Below, in pieces: positions 45,559 to 55,310 of a DNA stretch of 62,304 nt. How positions within the stretch are numbered: the first letter of the stretch is position 1; every line of letters begins with the position of its first letter. A program made the translations under genes and the position numbers. A model generated the notes under the pieces. It ran no database searches. It was not told where the DNA came from and saw only the letters and a program-made list of their open reading frames with translations. The DNA lies in the IMG/VR virus record IMGVR_UViG_3300035682_000035, positions 1 to 62,304 of that record; one strand, given 5' to 3'. Source of the DNA: a virus. Taxonomy: Duplodnaviria; Caudoviricetes.

Positions 45559-47103
45559 CTATATTTCCATAACTTCCTTGTACAAGTCAATAAGTTTCTG
45601 GTGGTTGGTGATATTATTTTTTAGCATGCTGTACAGCCGCTCCTCCACCGGACTGCCTTTGATGTGCACCACGGTCATGGCGTTCTTCTGGCCGGGACGG
45701 TCGATACGTGCGTTAGCTTGCAGGTAGGTTTCCACGCTGGTTACCGGCGCATACCAGATGATAGTATCTGCCTCTGTTAGCGTAAGACCATGGCTGGCAG
45801 CTTGTGGCTGGATTATTAGCACATGCGGGTCTTTCTGCGTCTGGAACCGCTCGATTATGTCGCTGCGCTTATTCAGTGACACCTTGCCGTTGATGACGCC
45901 GCACGGTATGCCTTCCTTCTCCAGCTTGGCCCGTAGTATCTCTATGGTGTGCGTGAACGGCACGAAGACCAGCACCTTGTGGCTGGCTTCTTCTATGACT
46001 TCGAGCACCACGTTGATGCGGTTAGACACATCGAACTCTAGCACCTCGCCAGTATCCGTGTAGACCGCGCCTCCGCTTATCTGCAGTAGCTTGTTTATCT
46101 GCGTAGCTGCGTTGACTGCGCTGACTTCTTCGCCCGCTGTCTCAATCAGCAACTGCTCTTTTAGCATCTTGTAGTACTTGTTCTGCTGCGTCGTTAGCGG
46201 AGCGTCCCGCGACACGTGCGTCACTTCGGGCAAGTCAAGGCAGTCTTTCTTCTCAAACCGTATGGCTGGCTGAAGTATGTTATGTACATACTCGGACGCA
46301 TGGGGCTTCGGGGCCCACTTAAAGTGCGTAACCTTGTGCATGATTGCTGCGCGGAACTCGGTAAAGTATTTAGGGCAACCCTGTGGGTTAACCAGCTTAG
46401 CTAGCCCGTAAGCATCTATGGGAGACTGGGCAGCAGGTGTACCCGTCATCATCCAAAGCCGTGGGTCTGTAGCGTGGACAATCTTATCAAACATCTTCCA
46501 GCGGTTAGTCTGCACGTTCTTATATGCGTTTGCCTCGTCCACTACGATAAGGTCAAAGCCCCCTGCAATTATCTCGTCCTTGACGATAGCCAGCCCGTCG
46601 AAGTTGATAATGACGAACTCTGCCCCTGCTTCGATAATCTTCTTGCGTTGGGGGGCTGCGCCATGTGCTACGCTACACGAGCGGTGCATAGCAAAGGTAA
46701 ACAAGTCTCGTTGCCAAGCCGACTTCATGATCGACAATGGGCATAGCACCAGTACGCGCTTAATCAGGCCCTTCTTCATCAAGTAGTCAGCAGTCCATAT
46801 AACGCTGGCGGTCTTGCCTGTACCCTGCTCGTTGAAGCAGAATGCGCGTTTGCGGATTGACAAGAATGAAGCTGTCTCTTTCTGGTGGTCGAACGGCGCG
46901 TACTTACCTGTCCACTTATAGTCGCGTAACATCGGGGACGGCACGCCGTCGAACCCAAGCTTAGCTAGCTGCGTAGCCTCGGGTAGCCCCCAGTGTACGG
47001 CTACGGCTCCGCCTTCAACTATAGCGCTCTTTGTTATGTGGTTAGGTATAGTATGTGCGTTCGGCGCTGTGATTAGCAGCGCCTTGTTATCAATTATCTG
47101 CAC
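45559..47103 (-). CDS. SNF2-family helicase; likely GTG start at 47103
   Basis: QGTGKT, VDEAN, MTGTP, GLTLT, QANARIDRPGQ. Confidence 0.9.
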   Translation of the reverse strand: MQIIDNKALLITAPNAHTIPNHITKSAIVEGGAVAVHWGLPEATQLAKLGFDGVPSPMLRDYKWTGKYAPFDHQKETASFLSIRKRAFCFNEQGTGKTASVIWTADYLMKKGLIKRVLVLCPLSIMKSAWQRDLFTFAMHRSCSVAHGAAPQRKKIIEAGAEFVIINFDGLAIVKDEIIAGGFDLIVVDEANAYKNVQTNRWKMFDKIVHATDPRLWMMTGTPAAQSPIDAYGLAKLVNPQGCPKYFTEFRAAIMHKVTHFKWAPKPHASEYVHNILQPAIRFEKKDCLDLPEVTHVSRDAPLTTQQNKYYKMLKEQLLIETAGEEVSAVNAATQINKLLQISGGAVYTDTGEVLEFDVSNRINVVLEVIEEASHKVLVFVPFTHTIEILRAKLEKEGIPCGVINGKVSLNKRSDIIERFQTQKDPHVLIIQPQAASHGLTLTEADTIIWYAPVTSVETYLQANARIDRPGQKNAMTVVHIKGSPVEERLYSMLKNNITNHQKLIDLYKEVMEI

Positions 47104-47119
47104 GACTGCTCCTTCGTGG

Positions 47120-47401
47120 TTACTTCTTACGTTCCCGTTTGCTGCGCTCCGACACGAGGTTACCCTTCTTATCACGGAGGAAAGACCGGTTAGTGGTCTT
47201 GCTTTCTACACGCAGCCCTGTCTTGTTAGTGCCGCCTTTGTCAAATGCTTTTGTGTGGGCAACGTCCTTGCCATCACCTTTGTGTACCTTACCAGCCTTC
47301 GTCATCTTAGCACGGGCAGCGTTGCGCGCAGCGCGGTTCTTCTTCTGCACCGCTGTGCCTTGGTACTTATCGTACTCCGCCCTGTAATCCCGTGCCATCA
47401 A
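47120..47401 (-). CDS. Small basic HNH-like protein
   Basis: GDGKDVAH...GGTN...NRS. Confidence 0.65.
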   Translation of the reverse strand: MMARDYRAEYDKYQGTAVQKKNRAARNAARAKMTKAGKVHKGDGKDVAHTKAFDKGGTNKTGLRVESKTTNRSFLRDKKGNLVSERSKRERKK

Positions 47402-48069
47402 TATCTCCTAGGCTTCCAATGTTCGCAGCTTTTAACTGGACACCATCCACATAGTGGGCTGGTCTTTGCGTTCCATACACCATTTCGCATGCTGTCCTCA
47501 AGCTGTTCTAGCTGATTATTAAACACGGTTAGGTACGTATCCAAGTGCTCACGGGTGTGCGTCTTCTTAGGAAACTCGTTCGATACCACAAACGCCAGCC
47601 CTGACTTAACCTTAGTTATCTCTGGGTAGTGCACAAACACCGCGCCAGCCATAAGGTCTAGCTGCTTCATGTCCGCATACTTGGCGTTCTTGCCTGTCTT
47701 GTAATCTACCATGTGGGCAGTCTTGCCGTTCACTATAAGCAAATCGACTATGCCGCGCCACCATACGTCCTTATCAAAGAAGCCGCATGGCTCGTAGCCA
47801 GTATCCGTCTTCCTGACGCCTAGCTTTAACTCGGTGTGCTTCTCGCCCTTAAACTGAGCCAGCACTTCCACCACGGGACGCATGACTGCAAACTTCTCTG
47901 GTATCGGTGTGCCATTCTTAATGTAATGTTCGGCTGCTTCGTGCGCGTTGGTCCCATAGATAGCTGCTTCGCCGGGGTCGTCCTTTACGTCCTTAACCAC
48001 CTTGAGGTGGAAGTACTTCTTCGGACACTGGTCGAAGGTCTTGATGCTACTATAGGACCACGCTGTCAT
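47398..48069 (-). CDS. PD-(D/E)XK (Cas4/RecB-like) exonuclease
   Basis: SYSSIKTFDQCP, GIVDL, VDYKTG, CGWCPVKSC. Confidence 0.85.
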   Translation of the reverse strand: MTAWSYSSIKTFDQCPKKYFHLKVVKDVKDDPGEAAIYGTNAHEAAEHYIKNGTPIPEKFAVMRPVVEVLAQFKGEKHTELKLGVRKTDTGYEPCGFFDKDVWWRGIVDLLIVNGKTAHMVDYKTGKNAKYADMKQLDLMAGAVFVHYPEITKVKSGLAFVVSNEFPKKTHTREHLDTYLTVFNNQLEQLEDSMRNGVWNAKTSPLCGWCPVKSCEHWKPRRY

Positions 48070-48070
48070 G

Positions 48071-48658
48071 TTATCTGGATTTCCCTTGGATACGGTCAGC
48101 CACTAACGTAGCATACCCCGCTATATCAAGCCAGCTATCTGTGTGGTGTGGGTCACCAATGATGATACGCGCAATCTTACTCGCTATCATATCAAGGGCT
48201 TCTTGATGGTCTGCTTGTAGTCCTGCATTTTGTTCGTCTAGGGCGCTACGGATGAGTTCTTTCATTTCCTGTGCAAAAAGCGCTACGCTAATGAAGCTAC
48301 CGTAAGTGGTTGCACGTTCGTCGAGGATTGTGTCTACGTCATCGACTTCCGGCTCAGACAAGCACTCTCTGGTGCAGGGTATACCAAGCACTGCTTCCGC
48401 CTCTGCCTCTGCCCTCCAGCCTTCGACCATCTCTTTGACCTTGTTGTTGTGCTCTGCGGCGGTCTGCCGCACCGTTTCCACCACTTCACCTGCCGCTTCC
48501 CTAAGCTTCTTCTTGGCTAAGTAGATGTAGCTGTCACTAACTAACATGCGCTCTTTAATCTGCTTCACAGTCTCACCGCCTTTGAGCATGTCTGCGACTG
48601 CATCAAACTTAGTTTTGTACTGGGATGGTTGGTATTTGGGTACGTTAATCTTTCTCAT
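48071..48658 (-). CDS. HTH plus DUF6378-like protein
   Basis: ER...YGSF...KIARI..GDP.H.DSWLDIAGY. Confidence 0.7.
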   Translation of the reverse strand: MRKINVPKYQPSQYKTKFDAVADMLKGGETVKQIKERMLVSDSYIYLAKKKLREAAGEVVETVRQTAAEHNNKVKEMVEGWRAEAEAEAVLGIPCTRECLSEPEVDDVDTILDERATTYGSFISVALFAQEMKELIRSALDEQNAGLQADHQEALDMIASKIARIIIGDPHHTDSWLDIAGYATLVADRIQGKSR

Positions 48659-48671
48659 TTAACTTGCTCCT

Positions 48672-49433
48672 TCACTTGAGGTTGCCGCCGCTCTTCAGGA
48701 TGTCACCACCAAACACATACGTGCCTACATGATGTAACTGGATGAACGGGTGGGCGTGTATTTTGCCACCGTGTTTACGCCACAGTTCGCAAAAATGGTA
48801 ATCTTCGCTTAGCAGTGCACCGGTCTCGTCGATGCTGGTAGCGAAAAACTCATGGGTCAAAGGCTTGACGTACTCGCCTGTCTCTGGGTCTTTGAACGAG
48901 GATACGCGGTAGGTTGGCACATGAGGTATCAACTCTTCGAATACCCCCCGCTTGATTAACATGAAGCCTGTGCCGCCATGCCGCACTTCGATGCAGCCTG
49001 TCTCATCGGACTCTGCATGGCCTTCCCCTATCATATTAAATACAAAGGCTCCGGCATGGTCCGCAAGGTCCGTTTTGCCTTCAAGGGCAGCGCGGTTGAC
49101 GCTGTCCCAGTTCACTTCCTTCTTAGGGTAGATACCGCATGCGATGTCCTTGTCGGTCAGCAGAAGGTGCGCGATAGCCTCTTGGTCAAAGCCAATGTCA
49201 GCGTCGATGAACATTAGGTAGTCGTGGTCACTCTCAAGGAATACCCGTGCTAAGTCGTTACGTGCCCGTGTGATAAGGCTCTCGTTCATAATCTGGCACC
49301 ATGCTATGTTGACACCAATCTCACGCATCTTAGCCATGGTCATGAGTAGACCTTGCACATAGTGTCCTGTGCACATGCCACCGTACATCGGGGTGGCAAT
49401 CATAATGCTTGGGCGTTTAGTTTCTTCAGTCAT
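48672..49433 (-). CDS. GT-A fold glycosyltransferase-like protein (early)
   Basis: IATPMYGG, ESLITRARN, FIDAD, GTGFMLIKR, SEDYHFC, HVG. Confidence 0.75.
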   Translation of the reverse strand: MTEETKRPSIMIATPMYGGMCTGHYVQGLLMTMAKMREIGVNIAWCQIMNESLITRARNDLARVFLESDHDYLMFIDADIGFDQEAIAHLLLTDKDIACGIYPKKEVNWDSVNRAALEGKTDLADHAGAFVFNMIGEGHAESDETGCIEVRHGGTGFMLIKRGVFEELIPHVPTYRVSSFKDPETGEYVKPLTHEFFATSIDETGALLSEDYHFCELWRKHGGKIHAHPFIQLHHVGTYVFGGDILKSGGNLK

Positions 49434-49602
49434 TTGCTTTCGCTTTCTTTTTAAGTTTTCTGTAGCGGCCCTCTACGGAGGCAATCGTAAGCCCCATTCG
49501 TTCCGCCATATATGCTGGTCTTAGGCCGTGCTGATAATGAGCCAGCAATTCGGCGTCCTTCTCAGGCGTCCATACCATCGTAGACCGTCTTACTATTGGC
49601 AC
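49426..49602 (-). CDS. 58-aa GcrA/Myb-like HTH protein missed by ORF track
   Basis: WTPEKDAELLAHYQHGLRPAYMAERMGLTIASVEGRYRKL; GTG overlaps upstream TAG; SD GGGAG. Confidence 0.7.
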   Translation of the reverse strand: MPIVRRSTMVWTPEKDAELLAHYQHGLRPAYMAERMGLTIASVEGRYRKLKKKAKAND

Positions 49603-50132
49603 TACTTACTCCCTAGTACTTTAACCAAAGCCTGAACTGCTATGGTGTGGTCCCTATTGCCGTTAATATAATTATGTGAAGCCGGTGTGCAATTTTGTCT
49701 TTCTGCTTCCGCAGCTAGCAATGCCCGTGCTTCAAGTAGCAGTGGGTCTACGCCGAGGTCTGGATAGCGAAGTAGTGCAGCCTCTTTCCACTGCTGCAGT
49801 GCAGTAACCTCCGCTTCGAGTGTATTGACAAGCTCACCAAACAAATCAGACTGCGTCGGTAGTTTCTGTGGTGCATCTTTGCTCTTTTCGTATTTTACGG
49901 AGTACGCACGGTGGGTAGTAGTGCGGCCAGATGGGCCCGACTCAGGCTTTTTACCTGTAACAAAAACTATATCCTTAGCTGCCATCGAACTGACAGCATG
50001 TGATATGTCGTCTATTTCCAAGTGTGGCATGAGGGTGGAAAGTTCTTTAGTCGTACTGTTGGGGTTGCGTTTCAACACATTTAAAACTTCTTCCTTCCGA
50101 CTGTTCGGGCGTACTTTAACTGCATAATTCAT
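49602..50132 (-). CDS. Winged-helix DNA-binding protein
   Basis: VLNVLKRNPNSTTKELS...DISHAVSSM. Confidence 0.65.
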   Translation of the reverse strand: MNYAVKVRPNSRKEEVLNVLKRNPNSTTKELSTLMPHLEIDDISHAVSSMAAKDIVFVTGKKPESGPSGRTTTHRAYSVKYEKSKDAPQKLPTQSDLFGELVNTLEAEVTALQQWKEAALLRYPDLGVDPLLLEARALLAAEAERQNCTPASHNYINGNRDHTIAVQALVKVLGSK

Positions 50133-50155
50133 GGTACTTACTCCTTCTCTGGTTG

Positions 50156-50338
50156 TTACTTGGTTTTATTACCTACAAAACGACCACGCTCGTCGCGGTC
50201 AGTAAGGGCCTTTAGTTCCTTGTTCAGCTGCTCGTTCTCGCGTTTGAGGGTGAGAACATTTCCATTTGCGCTCCCCTTACCCAGCATGTAGCTAAAGAAG
50301 ACCAACACAAATATTGCTATTGCTGTTACATAATCCAT
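50156..50338 (-). CDS. Small membrane protein (TM, coiled coil, RDERGRF)
   Basis: Hydrophobic N-terminus; SD AGGAG. Confidence 0.65.
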   Translation of the reverse strand: MDYVTAIAIFVLVFFSYMLGKGSANGNVLTLKRENEQLNKELKALTDRDERGRFVGNKTK

Positions 50339-50340
50339 CT

Positions 50341-51027
50341 CTACTCTCCTTTCTTACGTACAATTAACTGATAGCCGACGTGCACAATATCCACTTCCTC
50401 TGCGAACAGGTTAGTGAAGGCGTCGATGGCTGCTTTGGGGCGGTGCAGGATATCCCGTGCGTTCGGTGTCCATAGGTAATCATCGAATACCATCAGCCCC
50501 TTGGGGTTGAGCAGAGGCCACGCCATACACGCATCGGTCATAACGTCCTTGGCTATGTGGCTACCGTCGATGTAAATAAAGTCGTATAGGTTCTTGCTAT
50601 CGATACAACTAGCCAGCTTTGAACCTAAGTGCTCGGTGGAGGGGTGCTTATATTTATATACCCGCTTGCACTCGCGCTCTGTTGGGGCAGGGGAAGCGTA
50701 GCGAGTATGCACTGGGTATGGGAACTTATACTCTCCATAAGGCTCTTCCACCACCGCGCCGCCCAGTGCTAGGTTTATATTATAATTGAACCGTTCTTCG
50801 ACGGAGTCCATGTCCTCTTCGCTATGTTCTTCGCCGCCTTTCCACGTATCAACACAGTCAATCCAGTCACCGGGGTTCATCATGTTCTCAATGATCCAGA
50901 CAGTGCTGCGGCCCTCAAAGGAACCAATCTCAAGGAAAGCCTTACGCTCTGGCAGCATAGGGGTAAGCTGGTTCCAAACCTCTGGTGCCCAGTTGAACCA
51001 GTCTTTTGTAAATTTATATTCAGTCAT
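50341..51027 (-). CDS. Class I SAM-dependent methyltransferase (Methyltransf_24-like)
   Basis: LEIGSFEGRS, VDTW, FIYIDGSH, GLMVFDDY. Confidence 0.85.
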   Translation of the reverse strand: MTEYKFTKDWFNWAPEVWNQLTPMLPERKAFLEIGSFEGRSTVWIIENMMNPGDWIDCVDTWKGGEEHSEEDMDSVEERFNYNINLALGGAVVEEPYGEYKFPYPVHTRYASPAPTERECKRVYKYKHPSTEHLGSKLASCIDSKNLYDFIYIDGSHIAKDVMTDACMAWPLLNPKGLMVFDDYLWTPNARDILHRPKAAIDAFTNLFAEEVDIVHVGYQLIVRKKGE

Positions 51028-51038
51028 TATTTTGCTCC

Positions 51039-51389
51039 TTAGTTTGTATCAATGTGCTGCATGGCGGTCTGGCTATTCTGTAGTATCTTCTTCTTCCTTG
51101 CTAGTTCCTCCAGCTTACGCTCGTACTCCTGCTCTTCCAGCTCCTTGCGGCGGTTTTCGGGGCCGTTGCAGAGTTCATCCATCACCTGTTCGTGGACTTC
51201 AGCCATACGAATATCGCGTATCTTTGCAGCGAGTGCAGCTTTGTCAGCCTCATTTCCGTGGGCGTGTATCGCGCTCAGGTGGTTATACCACCGGTCATGG
51301 TACGCCCCTTCCTTAAACCTAAACTCTTCGGGGTGGCTCTCCATCCGTGCGAGTAATAGCTTCACTGCGTCATGCGGTTCATCCGCCAT
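51039..51389 (-). CDS. Hypothetical protein
   Basis: SD AAGGAGCA; LLARMESHPEEF. Confidence 0.75.
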   Translation of the reverse strand: MADEPHDAVKLLLARMESHPEEFRFKEGAYHDRWYNHLSAIHAHGNEADKAALAAKIRDIRMAEVHEQVMDELCNGPENRRKELEEQEYERKLEELARKKKILQNSQTAMQHIDTN

Positions 51390-51402
51390 AGCTTGCTCCT
51401 TC

Positions 51403-51693
51403 TTATGGTCTTAAATGTTCTGGCATAAACTCGCAGTAGTATTTGATTTGTCCACCACTACTACCGCGAAAGCCAATTGCACGGGCGCAATCTGCCCAAG
51501 TCTCCCCCTGCTTCCGCATTATAACGACCCTACGTAGCTTAGTACCCGATATCCCTGCATCGGGGTCGTGCATGTTCCCCCTACGCGCTCGGTTCGACGG
51601 TCGGTTCAACCACGCTTCGTACTCTTCGGCTGGTGGTGTCGCCGTAGGCATCATGTGGACATCACGGTATCCTCTTATACCTTTAACCTCCAT
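51403..51693 (-). CDS. Hypothetical protein, possible C-terminal HTH
   Basis: SD AGGAGCA; MRKQGETWADCARAIG. Confidence 0.65.
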   Translation of the reverse strand: MEVKGIRGYRDVHMMPTATPPAEEYEAWLNRPSNRARRGNMHDPDAGISGTKLRRVVIMRKQGETWADCARAIGFRGSSGGQIKYYCEFMPEHLRP

Positions 51694-53551
51694 AGCTTGC
51701 TCCTATCTTGCTTTCACAATTCAATGGTAACGTTGGTGCCCACTTGGGGCGCATGCGCATGCATGCTTCGACAAACGCACGGGCCTTGTCGGCCTCTTCT
51801 ACGGGGGCAATCACCCCCACGGCATCGTGCACGGTCATCACTACACGGTACTTACGTGCGACCATCAGCATCTGCTCACCTATAATAATACGGGCAAGTG
51901 CCTGACACACGTTCTCTATAAGCTTACCGCCGTATATATACGTAGGTAGCGTAGCCCGACCCCTCTTGACGTCGTAGACAAACTGGTCACGGCCCGACTT
52001 CTGGTCCCGCTGCTTGCGTAGGTTATCGTACCTCAAGTACATGCCGTTAGGCAGACGCACACCAAACATATCAATAAGCACGGCTTCATGCTTGCCTAGA
52101 GGTGCGGTCCGAGCGGACATAAGCGCGTCGAGAGCCTTGTCACCCTCCGCCCACAAGAGCGGTATGCGTTCGAACTGGTCCCTATACTTATACACGATGC
52201 TGGCGCACTCTGACGACGACAGCGATACGCCCATGGTCTCCAGCTGTACCTTAAACTTAGCCGCACCCATGCCATACCCAGCCCCAAGGATGGTCATCTT
52301 ACCTATGAAGCGCTCGGGGTGCTCGTTTATCTCGTTTACCGGCTTGTTATATATCTCCGACGCCATGATTTTGTACGGGTCGTACTGCATGTCCATCTTC
52401 TCTACACCCGCTGCGACTTCCGCATTGTTCTTATCAAAGAACTCCACAAGGTCTTCCTGCCCAGCTAGCCACGCCAAGGTGCGCGCTTCAATCTGCGACG
52501 AGTCACAGTCGATAAACACATAGCCTTTTGGTGCTAGCATGGACTTCTTGAGTGGTGACTTGCGTGGTAGGTTCTGGAGGTTCACCTTGTCGTCGCCACC
52601 CCACCTACCTGTGTGGGCTGCATAGTAACGTAGTGGGACTGGTAATGTCCCCCGGTCGGCAATAGCTATAAACCTCTCGGTGCGCGTTTCCTCAAGTGTA
52701 GACTTCACACCTAGTCGCGCAGCTACTACCGCCTGCACTGTCGGGTTGGGGTGCTCAAGCAGTGCCTTGAACCCCTCGTCACTCTTGGCGAAGGCAAATG
52801 CTTCCTTGCCTGTCTTCGGACTTACCTTCGTAGGTGGGACTACACCCATGTCACGTAGCAGCAAAGCTAGCTTCGGGTTGGACATCAGTGCGTCTTTGTC
52901 CGCCTCGACTGCTTCCATAAGCTCGGCTTTTTTGCTCCTCACATTAGACACGTGTTTTGTGAGGACTTGTTTGTCTAAGACCAGCACCGGCTCCGTAAAC
53001 ATTCTGATAGTAAGGTCGATAAGCCGCAGTTCAGACACAGGCATGAGTGGTGCCGTGACCTCAAACAACTTGTGCGTTAGCTCTACGTCATTGATGCAGT
53101 ACTCACCGTACCGCTCTAGGTCCTCGTCAGTAAAGTCCAGCCGCCGCTTACCCAGCGCGTTGATAACCTCTGTGCCCTTCTCGCCCAGACCATAGCGCTC
53201 GACTGCTTTAGCTAGGCTGTTACCAGCATGCGGCCCGTCGATAGCACGAAGCATAGACAGGGTATCTGCAATTCGCTTGGGTCGAATGTCATAACACCAG
53301 TTAAGGATTGCCATGTCGAACATAGCGTTGTGAGCCACAGCTACGCTGTTAGCCCAGTCCCACTTATCTAGCCACCGCTTGGTTTGCGCCTTGGTCCCGC
53401 TGAACCATTCAGTTGGTTCATTGTTACGCTTGACTGCAACACCGATGGTCTCGAACTGTGAGTCGCGGACATACTCCTCCGTTGTCAGCTTAGATAAGCT
53501 AAACTTCTGGCTGTAGTAGGTTTCGAAGTCGATGTTCAGAATGTCCATCAT
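51683..53551 (-). CDS. polA: Family A DNA polymerase with 3'-5' exonuclease
   Basis: IDFETY, AHNAMFD, YCIND; HTGRW, DSSQIEAR, KMTILGAGYG, VHDA. Confidence 0.93.
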   Translation of the reverse strand: MMDILNIDFETYYSQKFSLSKLTTEEYVRDSQFETIGVAVKRNNEPTEWFSGTKAQTKRWLDKWDWANSVAVAHNAMFDMAILNWCYDIRPKRIADTLSMLRAIDGPHAGNSLAKAVERYGLGEKGTEVINALGKRRLDFTDEDLERYGEYCINDVELTHKLFEVTAPLMPVSELRLIDLTIRMFTEPVLVLDKQVLTKHVSNVRSKKAELMEAVEADKDALMSNPKLALLLRDMGVVPPTKVSPKTGKEAFAFAKSDEGFKALLEHPNPTVQAVVAARLGVKSTLEETRTERFIAIADRGTLPVPLRYYAAHTGRWGGDDKVNLQNLPRKSPLKKSMLAPKGYVFIDCDSSQIEARTLAWLAGQEDLVEFFDKNNAEVAAGVEKMDMQYDPYKIMASEIYNKPVNEINEHPERFIGKMTILGAGYGMGAAKFKVQLETMGVSLSSSECASIVYKYRDQFERIPLLWAEGDKALDALMSARTAPLGKHEAVLIDMFGVRLPNGMYLRYDNLRKQRDQKSGRDQFVYDVKRGRATLPTYIYGGKLIENVCQALARIIIGEQMLMVARKYRVVMTVHDAVGVIAPVEEADKARAFVEACMRMRPKWAPTLPLNCESKIGASYGG

Positions 53552-53748
53552 CTTATCCTAGTTACGTGAATAGTGGTGCCTATGGCGCGGGTTATGTAGT
53601 AGCGCTCTGACCGTTCGTTCTGGTTGTGTGCAGCGCGGCGGATTAACCTCTTGGAATGGTCGGTAGGCGTGTCGAATATGCGTACCTCACCTACCCCCAT
53701 CGCGTTAATGCCGTACTTAGACTTCCTTATGTCCGTACCAAACGTCAT
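53548..53748 (-). CDS. Small hypothetical protein
   Basis: ATGA overlaps on both sides. Confidence 0.7.
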   Translation of the reverse strand: MTFGTDIRKSKYGINAMGVGEVRIFDTPTDHSKRLIRRAAHNQNERSERYYITRAIGTTIHVTRIR

Positions 53749-54101
53749 GCGTTTTGTTCCCGCTCCGCTATGTGCATATCCAGCAGTCGCTTCTCAAAGA
53801 ATTTGTTTAGTGCCTTAAGTAATGCAGCCGAGCCTTCCTTGGCGTTCTTATTCCACTTGCGTTCCGAGTCGCTGTTCAAGCCGGTTGAGTTAGCGTTGGG
53901 TTTTGCGGTTGTTGCATGCTCTACCTTTGGTCGCACCACTTCTACCTTCTTCTCTGTGCCCTTCTTCATCTTGTCGCGCAGTTGAAGAACGCGCCTCACA
54001 TCCACACCGTAATATGATGCAATGTATTTCATGTCAGTTATGTACCCAATCGCACGGATGATATCTTGGTCGGTCTGGCCTAACCCTTTATACTTTGTCA
54101 T
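53745..54101 (-). CDS. Hypothetical protein with HTH-like segment
   Basis: IASYYGVDVRRV; coupled. Confidence 0.65.
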   Translation of the reverse strand: MTKYKGLGQTDQDIIRAIGYITDMKYIASYYGVDVRRVLQLRDKMKKGTEKKVEVVRPKVEHATTAKPNANSTGLNSDSERKWNKNAKEGSAALLKALNKFFEKRLLDMHIAEREQNA

Positions 54102-54402
54102 TGGTTCGTTCTTTCATATTGTGCACAAGGCCGCGCACCATGTCCCAGTTCTCATCATTGGCTACCACAGCTACGCCGTTACACCGACGTATGGCCTCAA
54201 GCTCACGCACCTGTAGGGCTGTTGGCTTGTTGGTTCCTGCCTTGACTTCGATGGCTAAGAAGTGTCCATTAACGCAGCATATAATGTCAGGGACGCCACT
54301 ACGACCAAAGCCATGGGTGGCGGGGAAGAAGTAATATACTCCTTCCTCCTTCAACACCTTGACTATTTTTTCTTTGACTCTTTTCTCCGGCGTTGACGCC
54401 AT
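54088..54402 (-). CDS. VRR-NUC domain nuclease (resolvase-like)
   Basis: GVPDII, FLAIEVKA, TALQ. Confidence 0.9.
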   Translation of the reverse strand: MASTPEKRVKEKIVKVLKEEGVYYFFPATHGFGRSGVPDIICCVNGHFLAIEVKAGTNKPTALQVRELEAIRRCNGVAVVANDENWDMVRGLVHNMKERTNDKV

Positions 54403-54424
54403 GTCGTTTGCTCCTTCTTATGAG

Positions 54425-54453
54425 TGTTTATCCCTCTAGGTATTGCTAGTCAA
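54425..54453 (-). promoter_or_regulatory. Putative promoter TTGACT-N17-TAAACA
   Basis: 17-nt spacer upstream of the VRR-NUC/polA genes. Confidence 0.5.
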
Positions 54454-55296
54454 TATATAAAACGTATCGTCTGCGGTGCGGATACCGACACCATCAATTA
54501 TAGTATCCATCTCGGTCATCTTGAGTAGGGCAAGTGACGTCTTTATGTGGTCCGACAGTGCATCTAGGTTGGTTGACTGCGCCGCTCCACCAAAAGGCAT
54601 GGCGACAATGTCCCGTGGACGCTCAATCAACAGTATGTGGTGTGCACTAGCAATGTCCTTAGCTACACGGTCACTCTCGGCTAGACTCTGATACGCTTCC
54701 TTGGCTCGCATAACCTCGGGCTTATCTTGAACAGCTAAGAACTCCGCCCACCTGTCACCTGATGTCAGGTATGCCAGCATCGGTTCATGCAACAGCTCAA
54801 CATTGCGCGTGTGCGCTCGCCTATCTTTGTAGGTGGCTTGCTGCATGGCAGTGAAAGCCTTCTTGTGCTTCTCGTTGGCAAGCTCGTCCAACGTGAGCGG
54901 GTAGCACTCCTTCAAGACTTCAGCGGCAATGACCTTGAAGTGCTTACTCTTCTTGCGCATGCCTACCAGACGCTTTGCGTTTATGCGGTGGCTACTAGCT
55001 GCGTATACAGTTGTGCCCCCGTGGTAGTCTTTCTCTATGTTGCCAATCTTCTCACCGTTATCATATATGTCGAAGTTGTCATGCAGCACATGGTTGACCT
55101 CATCACCAATCCCCCTAGTGCCAAAGCCCCTACCATGAAACTCCCAGTGTGGACGCTTGTGCTGAATGGCCTCGATTAGCGGGACCATGAACGGATGCAC
55201 TATGGAGTCCTTCGCACGTTCTGTGGCGGCGTTATCTACACCCGCAACGGTGTAGTAGGTGTTGTGCAGGTTTAGTTTGTATATGGTTTTAGTCAT
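54436..55296 (-). CDS. Hypothetical protein; likely start MTKTIY
   Basis: SD AAGGAGCA before ATG 55296. Confidence 0.75.
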   Translation of the reverse strand: MTKTIYKLNLHNTYYTVAGVDNAATERAKDSIVHPFMVPLIEAIQHKRPHWEFHGRGFGTRGIGDEVNHVLHDNFDIYDNGEKIGNIEKDYHGGTTVYAASSHRINAKRLVGMRKKSKHFKVIAAEVLKECYPLTLDELANEKHKKAFTAMQQATYKDRRAHTRNVELLHEPMLAYLTSGDRWAEFLAVQDKPEVMRAKEAYQSLAESDRVAKDIASAHHILLIERPRDIVAMPFGGAAQSTNLDALSDHIKTSLALLKMTEMDTIIDGVGIRTADDTFYILTSNT

Positions 55297-55310
55297 CGTC
55301 TTGCTCCTTC

